From contig JADZCA010000029.1 of NCBI GenBank assembly GCA_020851795.1, positions 49,271-113,270 on the forward strand: a stretch of 64,000 nt of DNA. Direction: 5' to 3'. Below are positions 1-9,488 of the stretch, one piece after another (position 1 is the stretch's first letter; every line of letters begins with the position of its first letter). The stretch comes from Planctomycetota bacterium. Lineage in GTDB: Bacteria > Planctomycetota > PLA2 > JAEUHO01. The translations under genes were made by a program, and so were the position numbers. The notes below the pieces were generated by a model. That model was not told where the DNA came from and ran no database searches. It saw nothing but the letters and a program-made list of their open reading frames with translations.

Positions 1-90
1 GCGCCCGACACGGCGCTCGAGCCCGACGCGCTCTGCACGCCGTCGGCAGACGCCCCCACCGCCGAGGCGCGAGCCCCCGACACGACGGCT

Positions 91-150
91 CCCGCCGGGT
101 CGGGCCCCGCTGGGTCGGGCCCCGCTGGGTCGGGGGTCGCCGGGTCGGGG
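91..150. repeat. Four imperfect tandem copies of a 15-bp unit (CCCGC[CT]GGGTCGGG[CG]); in frame with the imuA-like ORF they encode PAGSG pentapeptide repeats
   Basis: Read directly: cccgccgggtcgggc / cccgctgggtcgggc / cccgctgggtcgggg / gtcgccgggtcgggg. The same frame is open from window position 1 into the GTG at 151. Confidence 0.6.
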
Positions 151-1086
151 GTGGCTGGGCCTGCGGTCGTCGGGCCCGGACTCGCGGGGGGACCGCGGTC
201 GCCCCGCGCCCGCGCGGGCCCCGGGGCGATCGCGGGATGGGCCCCGCCGCTGTCGATTCTCCTCCACCTCGCGCACCGCGCGCTCGACGACGCGTCGGGG
301 GCCGACGTCCTCGACGACCGCTCTGCGCCCGACGGCGAGGGCCTGCGGCTCGGGGCGTCCCCGGCAGCACCCCGCGCGGCGACACGCGACGCGACAGGCG
401 GTCGCCGTCGCGCGCCGTCCGCCCACGACGCGCGACCGGTGCTCTGGGTCGGGCGTCGGGTGTGGCCCTACCCGCGCGGGCTCGTGCGCACCACGGCCGG
501 CGCGCGCAGCCGGTGGCTGCTCGAGCGCTCGCTGTTCGTGGACGCCGACGACGACGGCGCGCGCCTGTGGGCGATCGACCTCGCGCTGCGCTGCCGCGCG
601 CTCGCCGCCGTCGTCGCCGACGCCCACGGGCTGCCGATGGCGGCGAGCCGACGGCTGCAGCTCGCGGCCGAGGCGGGCGACACGCTCGCGCTGCTCGCGC
701 GCCCGCCCGACGAGCTCCACGCGCCTTCGGCGGCGGCGGTGCGCTGGCTCGTCGCGCGCGAGCCGGGCGAGGTGCGCCCCGCGTGGCGCGTCACGCTGCG
801 CCGCGCCAAGGGCGCCTCGAGCGCCGCGGCGCGGGAGGCGGCGCGGCCCTTCCTCCTCGAAGGGGATCCCGTCCATGGCGTCCTCGAGGGTGTTCTCCCT
901 CTTCCTGCCGACCCTCTCGACCGACCGCGTCCGCCGGCGCCTGCGCCGCGAGGCCGCGAGCGCCGCCGCCTCGACGACGACGTCGCACGACCGGGGCGCC
1001 CGACCGCCGCGGCCGGCGTCCCCGTCTTCGTCCGCCGCGCCGCGAAGGAGCGAGGCCTCCCTCGCACGCCCGACCCGGCGCCATGA
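151..1086 (+). CDS. ImuA-like (SulA/RecA-fold) mutasome accessory protein; N-terminus may extend upstream of the window; 3' end overlaps imuB out of frame
   Basis: Position immediately upstream of imuB and dnaE2. Conserved-looking core 'RPVLWVGRRVWPYPRGLVRTT...LWAIDLALRCRALAAVV' resembles ImuA. The frame has no stop from nt 1. The last ~70 codons (875-1086) are low complexity. Confidence 0.45.
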   Translation: MAGPAVVGPGLAGGPRSPRARAGPGAIAGWAPPLSILLHLAHRALDDASGADVLDDRSAPDGEGLRLGASPAAPRAATRDATGGRRRAPSAHDARPVLWVGRRVWPYPRGLVRTTAGARSRWLLERSLFVDADDDGARLWAIDLALRCRALAAVVADAHGLPMAASRRLQLAAEAGDTLALLARPPDELHAPSAAAVRWLVAREPGEVRPAWRVTLRRAKGASSAAAREAARPFLLEGDPVHGVLEGVLPLPADPLDRPRPPAPAPRGRERRRLDDDVARPGRPTAAAGVPVFVRRAAKERGLPRTPDPAP

Positions 1087-2677
1087 CGCGCGCGCCGCGA
1101 GCACCCGACCTGCAACGCACGCGGTGACGGGCGTCGCCACGGGGCCCGCGCCGTGGACACGGCCCGTCCTCCTCGTCGTCGAGGAGCGCGGACGCCTCGT
1201 CGTCGCACGCCGCTGCCCCGCGGCGGCGGGAGCGGGCGTCGCGATCGGGATGGGGCTCGCCGAGGCGCGGGCGCTGCTGCCCGACGTCGCGCCCGTCGTC
1301 GAGCCGCACGACCCGCGTCGCGACCTCGAGACGCTCCGCGCCGTCGCCGCGTGGGCCGACCGCTTCGCGCCGCTCGTCGCGCTCGACCCGCCCGACGGGC
1401 TGCTGCTCGACGGCACGGGCTGCGCGCCGCTCTTCCACGGCGAGGAGCCGTTGCTCGAAGCGCTCGTGCGCGGCGTCGCGCGCTCCGGGCTCGCCGCGCG
1501 CGCGGCCGCCGCGGCCACGGCCGGGTGCGCGTGGGCGGTCGCGCGCTTCGCGCCCGCGCCGCGCACCGTCGTCGCGACGGGGGCCGAGCGCGAGACGCTC
1601 TCGGGCCTCCCCGTCGTCGCGCTGCGCGTGGGCGCGCAGGACGCGGCGACGCTCGCCGAGGTCGGCGTCGAACGGGTCGGTGACCTGCTGGCGCTGCCGC
1701 GGTCGGAGGTCGCGGCCCGCGTGCCCGCGGCGGTGCTCGTGCGCCTCGACCAGGCGCTCGGGCACGCCGAGGAGGCGCTCGTGCCGTACCGGCCGCGGCC
1801 GGTGCCGCGCGTCGAGCACGCCTTCCCCGGGCCCGTGAGCAGCCTCGAAGGGGTGCGCGCGACGGTGCGCCGCCTGCTCGAGGCCCTCGTCGCCGAGCTC
1901 GTGCGGGCCGGCCTCGCCGCGCTCGCCGTCGAGGTGCTGCTCGACCGCGCCGACGCGCCGCCGGTGCGCCTCGTGCGCGCGCTGTCGCGCCGGACGACCG
2001 ACGCGCGCCACCTCGCCGCACTGCTCGACCCGGCGGTCGAGACGGCCCCGCTCGGCCACGGCGTGGACCGCGTCGAGGTGCTCGCCCCGCGCACGGCGAG
2101 GGCGGCGGGCGCGGCGACGGGGGCGCTCGACCCCGCCGTGGGCGAGCCCGACCACGACCCCGCGCGCGAGCCGGGCCCGGAGCTGGCCGCGCTCCTCGAC
2201 GCGCTCGCCGGGCGGCTGGGCCCGTCGCAGGTCGTGCGCGTCGAGCCGGTCGCGACGCACGTGCCCGAGGCCGCGTTCCGCACGGTGCCCGTGCTCGCCG
2301 CCGACGGCGCGGCCGACGAGGTGTGCGCGCCCGCGTCGGACGCGGCGCCCGTCGTCGCCGCCGAGCGACCGTCGCTGCTCTACGCCCCGCCGGAGGCCGT
2401 CGAGGTGCTCCCGCCGCCGCCGGCGTGCGCGGACGACGGCGACGACGCGGGGCCCGTGGCGATCGCCTGGCGCGGGGAGGTGCTCGTGCGCGCCCGCGCG
2501 ACGGGGCCCGAGCGCATCGCGCCGCGCTGGTGGGAGCACGGATGCGGGCCGTCCGCGCCGCCGTTCCCCGAGGGCGCGCGCGACTACGTCGTGTGGACCT
2601 CGACGCGCGGGCGGCGGCTGTGGCTCTACGGCGAGACCGCGACGGGCCGCTGGTTCGTCCACGGCGAGTGGGCGTGA
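875..2677 (+). CDS. imuB: ImuB, catalytically inactive Y-family polymerase-like mutasome subunit
   Basis: N-terminus 'VFSLFLPTLSTDRVRRRL' matches the ImuB/Y-family start (WL.L.LP.L..D). 'PVLLVVEERGRLVVARRCPAAAGAGVAIGMGLAEARALLP' is the typical ImuB block. Lies directly upstream of dnaE2 with an 11-bp gap. Contains a ~70-aa low-complexity insert after the first motif. Confidence 0.75.
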   Translation: MASSRVFSLFLPTLSTDRVRRRLRREAASAAASTTTSHDRGARPPRPASPSSSAAPRRSEASLARPTRRHDARAASTRPATHAVTGVATGPAPWTRPVLLVVEERGRLVVARRCPAAAGAGVAIGMGLAEARALLPDVAPVVEPHDPRRDLETLRAVAAWADRFAPLVALDPPDGLLLDGTGCAPLFHGEEPLLEALVRGVARSGLAARAAAAATAGCAWAVARFAPAPRTVVATGAERETLSGLPVVALRVGAQDAATLAEVGVERVGDLLALPRSEVAARVPAAVLVRLDQALGHAEEALVPYRPRPVPRVEHAFPGPVSSLEGVRATVRRLLEALVAELVRAGLAALAVEVLLDRADAPPVRLVRALSRRTTDARHLAALLDPAVETAPLGHGVDRVEVLAPRTARAAGAATGALDPAVGEPDHDPAREPGPELAALLDALAGRLGPSQVVRVEPVATHVPEAAFRTVPVLAADGAADEVCAPASDAAPVVAAERPSLLYAPPEAVEVLPPPPACADDGDDAGPVAIAWRGEVLVRARATGPERIAPRWWEHGCGPSAPPFPEGARDYVVWTSTRGRRLWLYGETATGRWFVHGEWA

Positions 2678-2687
2678 GGGGGGCACG

Positions 2688-5600
2688 GTGCCCGACCGCC
2701 CGGCCCCGAAGATCGTCCCGCACCCCGCGCGCCAGCGGCGCGCGTTCCGCCCGCCGCGCGGAGCGGGCGCGGGCGGGGACGGGGCCCGCGACGTCGAGGC
2801 GTCGTGGACGCGGCGCCGCCTGCCGGCGCGTCGCACGACCTACGCCGAGCTCGCCGTCACGAGCAACCTCTCCTTCCTCGAGGGCGCCAGCCACCCCGAG
2901 GAGCTCGTCGAGCGGGCGGCCGCGCTCGGGCTCGCCGGCGTCGCGCTCACCGACCGCGGCACGCTGGGCGGGATCGTCCGCGCGCACGTCGCGGCGAAGG
3001 CGCTCGGGTTCCCGCTCGCGGTGGGCGCGCGGCTCGCGCTCGCGCGCGACCGCGCCGACGCGGCCCCGCTCGAGGTGCTCGTCTACGCGACCGACCGCGC
3101 GTCGTACGGGCGCCTGTGCCGGCTCCTCACCGTGGGCAAGCGCCGCGCGGGCAAGGGCGGCTGCGACCTCGCGCTCGACGACCTCCTCGCGGCGCACGAG
3201 GGCCTGCTCGCGGTCGCGCTCGCGCCCGCCGCCCCCGACGCCGCCTTCCTCGACGCGCTGCGCCGGCTGCACGACGCCTTCGACGACGACCGTCTCTCGC
3301 TCGGCGCGCAGAGCCCGCTCGCCGGAGACGACCGCGGCCGCGTGCGCCGTGCCCGCGCGCTCGCGCGCGACGCGGGCACGCCGCTCGTCGCGGTCGGCGA
3401 CGTCGCCTACCACGACGCGGCGCGGCGCCCGCTCCACGACGTGCTCGCCGCGGTGCGCCTCGGCACGACGGTGGCGGCCGCCGGCTTCTCGCTCGCGCCC
3501 AACGCCGAGCGCCGCCTCCACGGCGTCGCGGAGGTCGCGGCGCGCTTCACCGACGCCCCCGAGGCGCTCGCGCGCACGGGCGAGGTGCTGCGCCGCGCGG
3601 CGGCGTTCTCCCTCGACGCGCTGCGCTACGAGTACCCCGACGAGACGGGCCCGCCCGGTGTGGCGCCGCGCGAGCACCTGCGCGCGCTCGTGCTCGCCGG
3701 GGCCGCTCGCCGCTACCCGCGCGGCGTGCCCGAGAAGGTGCGCGCGCAGGTCGAGCACGAGCTCGCCGTCGTCGCGGACCTGCGCTACGAGCCGTACTTC
3801 CTCACCGTGCACGAGCTCGTCGACTTCGCGCGCTCGCGGGGGATCCTCTGCCAGGGACGCGGGGCCGCGGCCAACTCGGCCGTGTGCTACTGCCTCGGCA
3901 TCACCGCGCTCGACCCCGACCGCATGGACGTGCTCTTCGAGCGCTTCGTGAGCCGCGAGCGCGCCGAGCCGCCCGACATCGACATCGACTTCGAGCACGA
4001 GCGGCGCGAGGAGGTGATCCAGCACGTCTACGCGCGCTGGGGCCGCGACCGCGCCGCGCTCACCGCCGAGGTGATCTCCTACCGCGGGCGCAGCGCGGTG
4101 CGCGAGGTCGGCAAGGCGCTCGGCCTCTCGCGCGACGCCGTCGAGCGCCTCGCGCGCGCGGTGGACGCGTGGGCCGACGACGTGGACGGCGACCGCCTGC
4201 TCGTCGAGGCGGGCCTCGACCCCGCCGAGCCGTCGATGCGGCGCCTGCTCGCGCTGTCGAAGGAGGTGCTCGGCTTCCCGCGCCACCGCAGCCAGCACGT
4301 CGGCGGCTTCGTGGTCACGCGGGGCCCGCTCTGCGAGACCGTGCCGCTCGAGGACGCCGCGATGCCGGGCCGCACCGTGATCGAGTGGGACAAGGACGAC
4401 ATCGAGGCGCTGGGCATCCTCAAGGTGGACGTGCTCGGCCTCGGGATGCTCACGTGCGTGCGCAAGGCCTTCGCGCACGTCGAGGGCCCGCGCGGCGACC
4501 GCGCGCTCGCGACGGTGACGCAGGCGGGCGACGCGTACGGCGCGCTCGCGATGCACACCGTGCCGCCCGAGGACCCCGCCGTCTACGACATGCTCTGCGC
4601 GGCCGACACGGTCGGCGTGTTCCAGGTGGAGTCGCGGGCGCAGATGGCGATGCTGCCGCGCCTGCGGCCCCGCACGCTCTACGACCTCGCCATCGAGGTG
4701 GCGATCGTCCGCCCGGGGCCGATCCAGGGCGACATGGTGCACCCCTACCTGCGCCGCCGCCGCGGCGAGGAGCCGGTCACCTACCCGAGCCCCGACGTCG
4801 AGAAGGTGCTCGGGCGCACGCTCGGCGTGCCGCTGTTCCAGGAGCAGGCGATGGCGCTCGCCATCGTCGCCGCGGGCTTCACGCCCGGCGAGGCCGACCG
4901 CCTGCGGCGCGCGATGGCCGCGTGGAAGCGCAAGAGCCGCGAGATCGAGGTGCTGGGGCGCCAGCTCGTCGAGGGGATGGTGGCCCGCGGCTACCCGCGC
5001 GAGTTCGCCGACCGCTGCCACCGCCAGATCCACGGCTTCTCCGAGTACGGCTTCCCCGAGTCGCACGCCGCGTCGTTCGCGCTGATCGTGTACGTCTCGG
5101 CGTGGCTCAAGCGCCACCACCCCGCCGCCTTCGCCGCCGCGCTGCTCGACAGCCAGCCGATGGGCTTCTACGCCCCCGCGCAGATCGTGCGCGACGCGCG
5201 CGCCCACGGGGTGGACGTGCGCCCGGTCGACGTCAACGCGAGCGGGTTCGACTGCCGCCTCGAGCGCGAGCCCGGCCGGCCGCCCGCGCTGCGCCTCGGG
5301 ATGCGGCTCGTCACGGGGCTGTCGCGCACGCACGGCGAGGCCGTGGCGGCCGCGCGCGCCGCGGGCGCGCCCTTCGCCGCCCTCCCCGAGGTGCGGCGGC
5401 GCGCGGGCGTCCCCGCCGCCGCGCTGCGCGCGCTCGCCGCGGCCGACGCGTTCCGCTCGCTCGGGCTCGCGCGGCGCGAGGCGCTCTGGCAGGCGCGCGC
5501 GCTGCGCGACGAGGTGCTGCCGCTCTTCGACGCCCCCGCCGACGACGGGCGCCCCGATGCGGGCGCCGGCGCCACGACGGCGGACCTCGCGCTCGCCGAC

Positions 5601-6053
5601 GAGGGCCGGGCGCTGCCGCGGGCCTCGCTCCCGGCGGAGGTGGTCGCCGACTACGCGACGACGGGCCTCTCGCTCAAGGCGCACCCGATGTCGTTTCCGC
5701 GCGCCGCGCTCGCGGCGCGCGGCGTCGTGACGGCGGCGACGCTGTCCGACGACGAGCGCGCCCCCGACGGGTCGCGGGTGGCGGTGGCGGGCCTCGTGCT
5801 GGTGCGCCAGCGGCCCGTGACGGCGCACGGGATCCTCTTCGTGACGCTCGAGGACGAGACGGGGATCGCGAACCTGATCGTGCGGCCTCGCGAGCAGGAG
5901 CGGTTCCGCGCGGCCGCCCGCCACGCCGGCGTCGTGCTGGCCGTGGGCACGGTCGAGCGCGACGGCGCGGTCGTGCACGTCCTCGTGCGCCGCCTCGTCG
6001 CCTTCACCTCGCTCGCGACCGACGTGGACGCGCCCCGCCGCGAGTTCCGCTGA
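2688..6053 (+). CDS. dnaE2: Error-prone DNA polymerase III alpha subunit DnaE2 (ImuC)
   Basis: N-terminal PHP domain 'YAELAVTSNLSFLEGASHPEELVERAAALGLAGVALTDRGTLGGIVRAHVAAKALGFPLAVGARL'. About 1100 aa. Follows imuB. True start is probably a GTG/TTG near 2800-2840. Confidence 0.9.
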   Translation: MPDRPAPKIVPHPARQRRAFRPPRGAGAGGDGARDVEASWTRRRLPARRTTYAELAVTSNLSFLEGASHPEELVERAAALGLAGVALTDRGTLGGIVRAHVAAKALGFPLAVGARLALARDRADAAPLEVLVYATDRASYGRLCRLLTVGKRRAGKGGCDLALDDLLAAHEGLLAVALAPAAPDAAFLDALRRLHDAFDDDRLSLGAQSPLAGDDRGRVRRARALARDAGTPLVAVGDVAYHDAARRPLHDVLAAVRLGTTVAAAGFSLAPNAERRLHGVAEVAARFTDAPEALARTGEVLRRAAAFSLDALRYEYPDETGPPGVAPREHLRALVLAGAARRYPRGVPEKVRAQVEHELAVVADLRYEPYFLTVHELVDFARSRGILCQGRGAAANSAVCYCLGITALDPDRMDVLFERFVSRERAEPPDIDIDFEHERREEVIQHVYARWGRDRAALTAEVISYRGRSAVREVGKALGLSRDAVERLARAVDAWADDVDGDRLLVEAGLDPAEPSMRRLLALSKEVLGFPRHRSQHVGGFVVTRGPLCETVPLEDAAMPGRTVIEWDKDDIEALGILKVDVLGLGMLTCVRKAFAHVEGPRGDRALATVTQAGDAYGALAMHTVPPEDPAVYDMLCAADTVGVFQVESRAQMAMLPRLRPRTLYDLAIEVAIVRPGPIQGDMVHPYLRRRRGEEPVTYPSPDVEKVLGRTLGVPLFQEQAMALAIVAAGFTPGEADRLRRAMAAWKRKSREIEVLGRQLVEGMVARGYPREFADRCHRQIHGFSEYGFPESHAASFALIVYVSAWLKRHHPAAFAAALLDSQPMGFYAPAQIVRDARAHGVDVRPVDVNASGFDCRLEREPGRPPALRLGMRLVTGLSRTHGEAVAAARAAGAPFAALPEVRRRAGVPAAALRALAAADAFRSLGLARREALWQARALRDEVLPLFDAPADDGRPDAGAGATTADLALADEGRALPRASLPAEVVADYATTGLSLKAHPMSFPRAALAARGVVTAATLSDDERAPDGSRVAVAGLVLVRQRPVTAHGILFVTLEDETGIANLIVRPREQERFRAAARHAGVVLAVGTVERDGAVVHVLVRRLVAFTSLATDVDAPRREFR

Positions 6054-6076
6054 AGGGCGCGCAAGGCGCGCCCTTC
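6052..6076. terminator. GC-rich hairpin (11-bp perfect stem GAAGGGCGCGC / GCGCGCCCTTC, loop AAG) between convergent dnaE2 and TIR-WD40 genes
   Basis: Inverted repeat read directly. It overlaps the dnaE2 stop codon. There is no U-tract, so it is a terminator-like structure only. Confidence 0.45.
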
Positions 6077-6199
6077 CAAGGGCCGAGCAGACGGGGAGCA
6101 GGCTGGGCGGCCGCGAGGCAGATCGGAGGAGCCCGACGCGAGGGCGGGCGATGGCCCGCCGCCGGGTCGACCGCCGAGCGCCCGTCGTCCCGAGGCCCC

Positions 6200-9100
6200 T
6201 CAGCGCCGGAGCGGGAGCGTGCTCACGTCGCGCGCGACCGCCGCGGCCGCGCGACGCTCCCTCCGCAGAGGCAGGCAACGCACCTTCGACGTCTCGACGA
6301 GGACGATCGCCGTGTCGTCCAGGAACCCCACGGCACTGCAGGGCGAGTCCGTCCGCCACGAGAGCGCGAGCCGGCCGCTCACGACGTCCCAGAGCCGCAC
6401 CCACTGGTCGCCGTGCGCAACGAGCAGGAACTCGCCTTGCCGGTCCGCCTCCATCGCCGTCACCGCGTGCGGTGCGGGTCCCATCGTGAACACCGGTGCG
6501 CGGAACGTGTTCGGGTCCTCGGCGCGCTCGCCCCGCACCACGAGCGCGTGGAGAAGCGCACCCGACCGACCGTCCCAGACGCGCACGGACCCGTCGCCCT
6601 CCGCGCTCAGCAGCCGCCGGCCCGTCGGGTCGAACGCCATCGAGGTCACCACGGTGGGGGTCCGCGACAGATGCGCGGGGGACGCGGCGCCGTCCAGCGA
6701 GAGCAGGTGCATCCGACCGCTGTCGTCCATCAGCGCGACGCGATCCTCCTCGGGGCTGAGGCAGGCGAGCGAAGGCCAACCCAACGGGTCGAGGTCGGGC
6801 GCAGCCTCCGCCGCGAACCCGCGCCCTCGGTCTCGCCAGAGCGTGACACGACCGCTACCCGATCGCGTGAGGAGGGTCGTGCCGAGGGCGCCCAGCACCG
6901 CCTGGCGGTCCTCGCGCGGGAACACCTGGAGCGGCCGACGGGCCTCCAGCGGGTCGAGCGACCACAGCGCGACCCCCGACGAGCCGAAAGACACCGCGCG
7001 CCCGCCCCGCGACGCCACGGCCGCCCAGACCGTCTCCATCCCGCCCACCCGCACCCCGCCGCCCGACGTCGCCTCCACGGGCGACAGGGACGCGACCTCG
7101 CCGAGCGTCCGAGCGTCCACGACGCGCAAGACGCCCGTGTAGTACGGCGCGAGCAGGAGCCGGCTCCCATCGGCAAAGGGGACGAAGCTCAGCAGCGGCC
7201 CGTCCGTCGCCCGCACCGAGAGCGGCGCCGCCTCTCCGTCCACGTCCCACGCGAGAAGCTCTCCGGTGTGCGCCGCGACGTGGACGGTGCGAGGCCTGGC
7301 GCCGACCACGACCCGCGAGATCCCCTGCGGCACCGGCAACGACCGCTCCCGCACCCCTTGGGCCTCGCGCCACGCCCAGACGCGCAGCGTGCCGTCGCGT
7401 CCCGCGGTGACGACCTGGTCCGGGTCGTGGCCGAACGCGAGCGTGCTGAGCCCCTCGGCGACGTCCCACGCTGCGACCGACGCGCCGTCGCGGACACGGA
7501 GGACCGCGACGTCGCCCGAGTCCGTGCCCCAGAGGAGGTGCTCTCCCCGCGCATCGAAGGCGGTCGGGACTCCGACGGCGAGCGCCGCGGGTGAGCCTCG
7601 TGCCGGCGCCGCCGCCGTGCGCCAGGTGAGGGACTGCGTGTCGAGCAGGTGGATCCTCCCGTCCACGTCGTGCAGCGCGAGCAAGGTGTCGTCCGGGGCG
7701 AAGGACCACGACAGCGGTCGCGCCTCCTCCGGGGCGCGCGCGGCCTCGGCTCCGGTCCCGGCGGACAGGACGCGAAGGTCGCCCGCCGCGCCGGGGCAGA
7801 CGATCCACGCGCCTCGCGGGCTGAATCCGGTCCCGCGCGCTCCGGCCCCCGTAGGTGGCTTGGGAAGCTCGGCGGTCGTCGCCCCCGTGGAGAGGTCTAC
7901 CAAGCGTGCCCCTTCCGCTGTGATCACGAGGCCGCGGTCGCCATCCGGCGCCTCCAAGAATCGCGGGGGCGTCCCGCTGACCCCGCCGAGGTCTGACCGG
8001 ACCGTCCCGTCTCGCGCGTCGCAGACCACCGATCGCGTCCGGCTCAGCAGCACGACGAGCGAGGACCCGCGAGCGAACGCGCCGGCGTCCCAAGGTCCGG
8101 AGATCTCGCGTCGCTTCTCGCCGGACTTCACGTCCCAGAGCAGCGCGTCGGGCGACGTCCTGCTCGCGTTGTCGTGGACCAGCGTGAGCAGGAGCGCGCC
8201 GTCGCCGCCGAGGACCGCGTGGACGACGTTCCCGCGCGCGTAGAATGCATGCGGGGACGGCTCGCCGCCGGGCAGCGTCACGACCTGCGCGCGCACCGAG
8301 TCGCCGTGCTGGCGCAGCGTGACCGCAAGGCGGCCGTCCTGGGTGGCCCAGCCCTCGACCGTCCCGAAGAGCATGTTGCGGACGGTGGCCACCGGCTCGG
8401 TGCGCGAGAGGTCCCACGCGACGACGGGTTGGCCCCACGTCGGGGCCGCGAAGAGGACGGACCCGTCGGCGGACGGCCGCAGCTGCTCGACCTGCTCGGG
8501 CCGCCCCGAGAGCGTCCGACGGAGCCCGCGTGTCCGCGCCAGCGCCTCCCCGAGCAGGACCTGGCGCGCGGGCGAGCCCGGCTGCTCCGCGTACGCGTCG
8601 AGGAGGAGTCGCGTCGCGCGATCGATGTCACCGCGCACGAGCGCGTCGCGTCCGGCCTCCTCGCGCAGGTCTCCGAGCCGTTCGCTCGCCACGAGCATGC
8701 TGGCCGCCACCCGGTCGCGCTCGTCCCGCACCTGGCTCCGCTGGTTCAACGCGTAGGCGGACAGCCCGCCCAGCGCCGAGGCGAGGGCGGCGAACAGCAC
8801 GGCCGTGCGGCGCGCGCGACGTCGCTGGCGCTCCTGGTCGCGCTGGCGGAGCTCGTCGAAGCGACATCCGAGCACCGGCGCCAGGATCCGGAGCAGCGCG
8901 AGCCGGCGTTGCGCGCTGCGCGACTCGCCGGCGACGGGACGTGCGTCGGCCGCGAGCGGCTCGGGGAAGTCCACCGCCGACGGCCCGCCGACGGGTCCGC
9001 CCGTCGGACGGATCGCCCGCAGAGCCTCGGGGAACGACGCCTCCGGTGAGCCGTCGATCAGGAGCGCGAGGACCCGGCTCGCACGCCCGCGGGTGCGGAA

Positions 9101-9409
9101 CTCCTCGATCTCCCGGTTGACCCACTTCGACGCGGGCGCGCGGGGTGAGCACACGACCACGAGGAACCTCGACTCGTCCAGCGCCTGCGTGATCTGCGCG
9201 CTCAGGCTGTCCGAGGCCCACACTTCCTCCTCGTCGCGGAACACCTTCCCGACGCGAGCCGGCAGCCCCTCCCGGCGGAGCCGCTCCGGGACCGTGTACG
9301 TCTCGAGCGCGTTGTGGAGCCATCGCGCCCAGCGCCGGTCGGGCTCCACGTGGCGATAGCTGATGAACGCTGCAAAGCGCGAGGGCGCGTCGCCGTCTTC
9401 GATCTCCAT
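6200..9409 (-). CDS. TIR-domain / transmembrane / WD40 beta-propeller repeat protein (1069 aa)
   Basis: N-terminus 'FAAFISYRHVEPDRRWARWLHNALE...FRDEEEVWASDSL...FLVVVCSPRAPASKWVNREIEEF' is TIR-like. Hydrophobic helix 'RRTAVLFAALASALGGLSAYAL'. Many WD40-like repeats ('TLRVWAW', 'VRVWDGRSG', 'VRLWDVVSG'). Amino-acid composition is protein-like, unlike the overlapping R/P-rich frames. Confidence 0.75.
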   Translation of the reverse strand: MEIEDGDAPSRFAAFISYRHVEPDRRWARWLHNALETYTVPERLRREGLPARVGKVFRDEEEVWASDSLSAQITQALDESRFLVVVCSPRAPASKWVNREIEEFRTRGRASRVLALLIDGSPEASFPEALRAIRPTGGPVGGPSAVDFPEPLAADARPVAGESRSAQRRLALLRILAPVLGCRFDELRQRDQERQRRRARRTAVLFAALASALGGLSAYALNQRSQVRDERDRVAASMLVASERLGDLREEAGRDALVRGDIDRATRLLLDAYAEQPGSPARQVLLGEALARTRGLRRTLSGRPEQVEQLRPSADGSVLFAAPTWGQPVVAWDLSRTEPVATVRNMLFGTVEGWATQDGRLAVTLRQHGDSVRAQVVTLPGGEPSPHAFYARGNVVHAVLGGDGALLLTLVHDNASRTSPDALLWDVKSGEKRREISGPWDAGAFARGSSLVVLLSRTRSVVCDARDGTVRSDLGGVSGTPPRFLEAPDGDRGLVITAEGARLVDLSTGATTAELPKPPTGAGARGTGFSPRGAWIVCPGAAGDLRVLSAGTGAEAARAPEEARPLSWSFAPDDTLLALHDVDGRIHLLDTQSLTWRTAAAPARGSPAALAVGVPTAFDARGEHLLWGTDSGDVAVLRVRDGASVAAWDVAEGLSTLAFGHDPDQVVTAGRDGTLRVWAWREAQGVRERSLPVPQGISRVVVGARPRTVHVAAHTGELLAWDVDGEAAPLSVRATDGPLLSFVPFADGSRLLLAPYYTGVLRVVDARTLGEVASLSPVEATSGGGVRVGGMETVWAAVASRGGRAVSFGSSGVALWSLDPLEARRPLQVFPREDRQAVLGALGTTLLTRSGSGRVTLWRDRGRGFAAEAAPDLDPLGWPSLACLSPEEDRVALMDDSGRMHLLSLDGAASPAHLSRTPTVVTSMAFDPTGRRLLSAEGDGSVRVWDGRSGALLHALVVRGERAEDPNTFRAPVFTMGPAPHAVTAMEADRQGEFLLVAHGDQWVRLWDVVSGRLALSWRTDSPCSAVGFLDDTAIVLVETSKVRCLPLRRERRAAAAVARDVSTLPLRR

Positions 9410-9488
9410 AGGGGCTCATGATACGCACCGCGCCCGCTGCGGACGAGGCCCTCGCCCGCGACCGATGGGGGTGCGGCGCGGCGCGGGC

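Noticed and set aside
468-6779. 2103-aa minus-strand ORF spanning imuA/imuB/dnaE2, and the similar giant ORFs 2804..7594 +, 13191..17792 -, 23773..26292 -, 30138..33497 -, 36217..39969 -, 41781..45194 +, 42451..44787 -, 50970..54425 -, 57631..60666 -
   Set aside because: Their translations are extreme Arg/Ala/Pro/Gly low-complexity. They lie antisense or out of frame to recognisable genes. Stop codons are rare at about 72% GC, so long open frames arise by chance.
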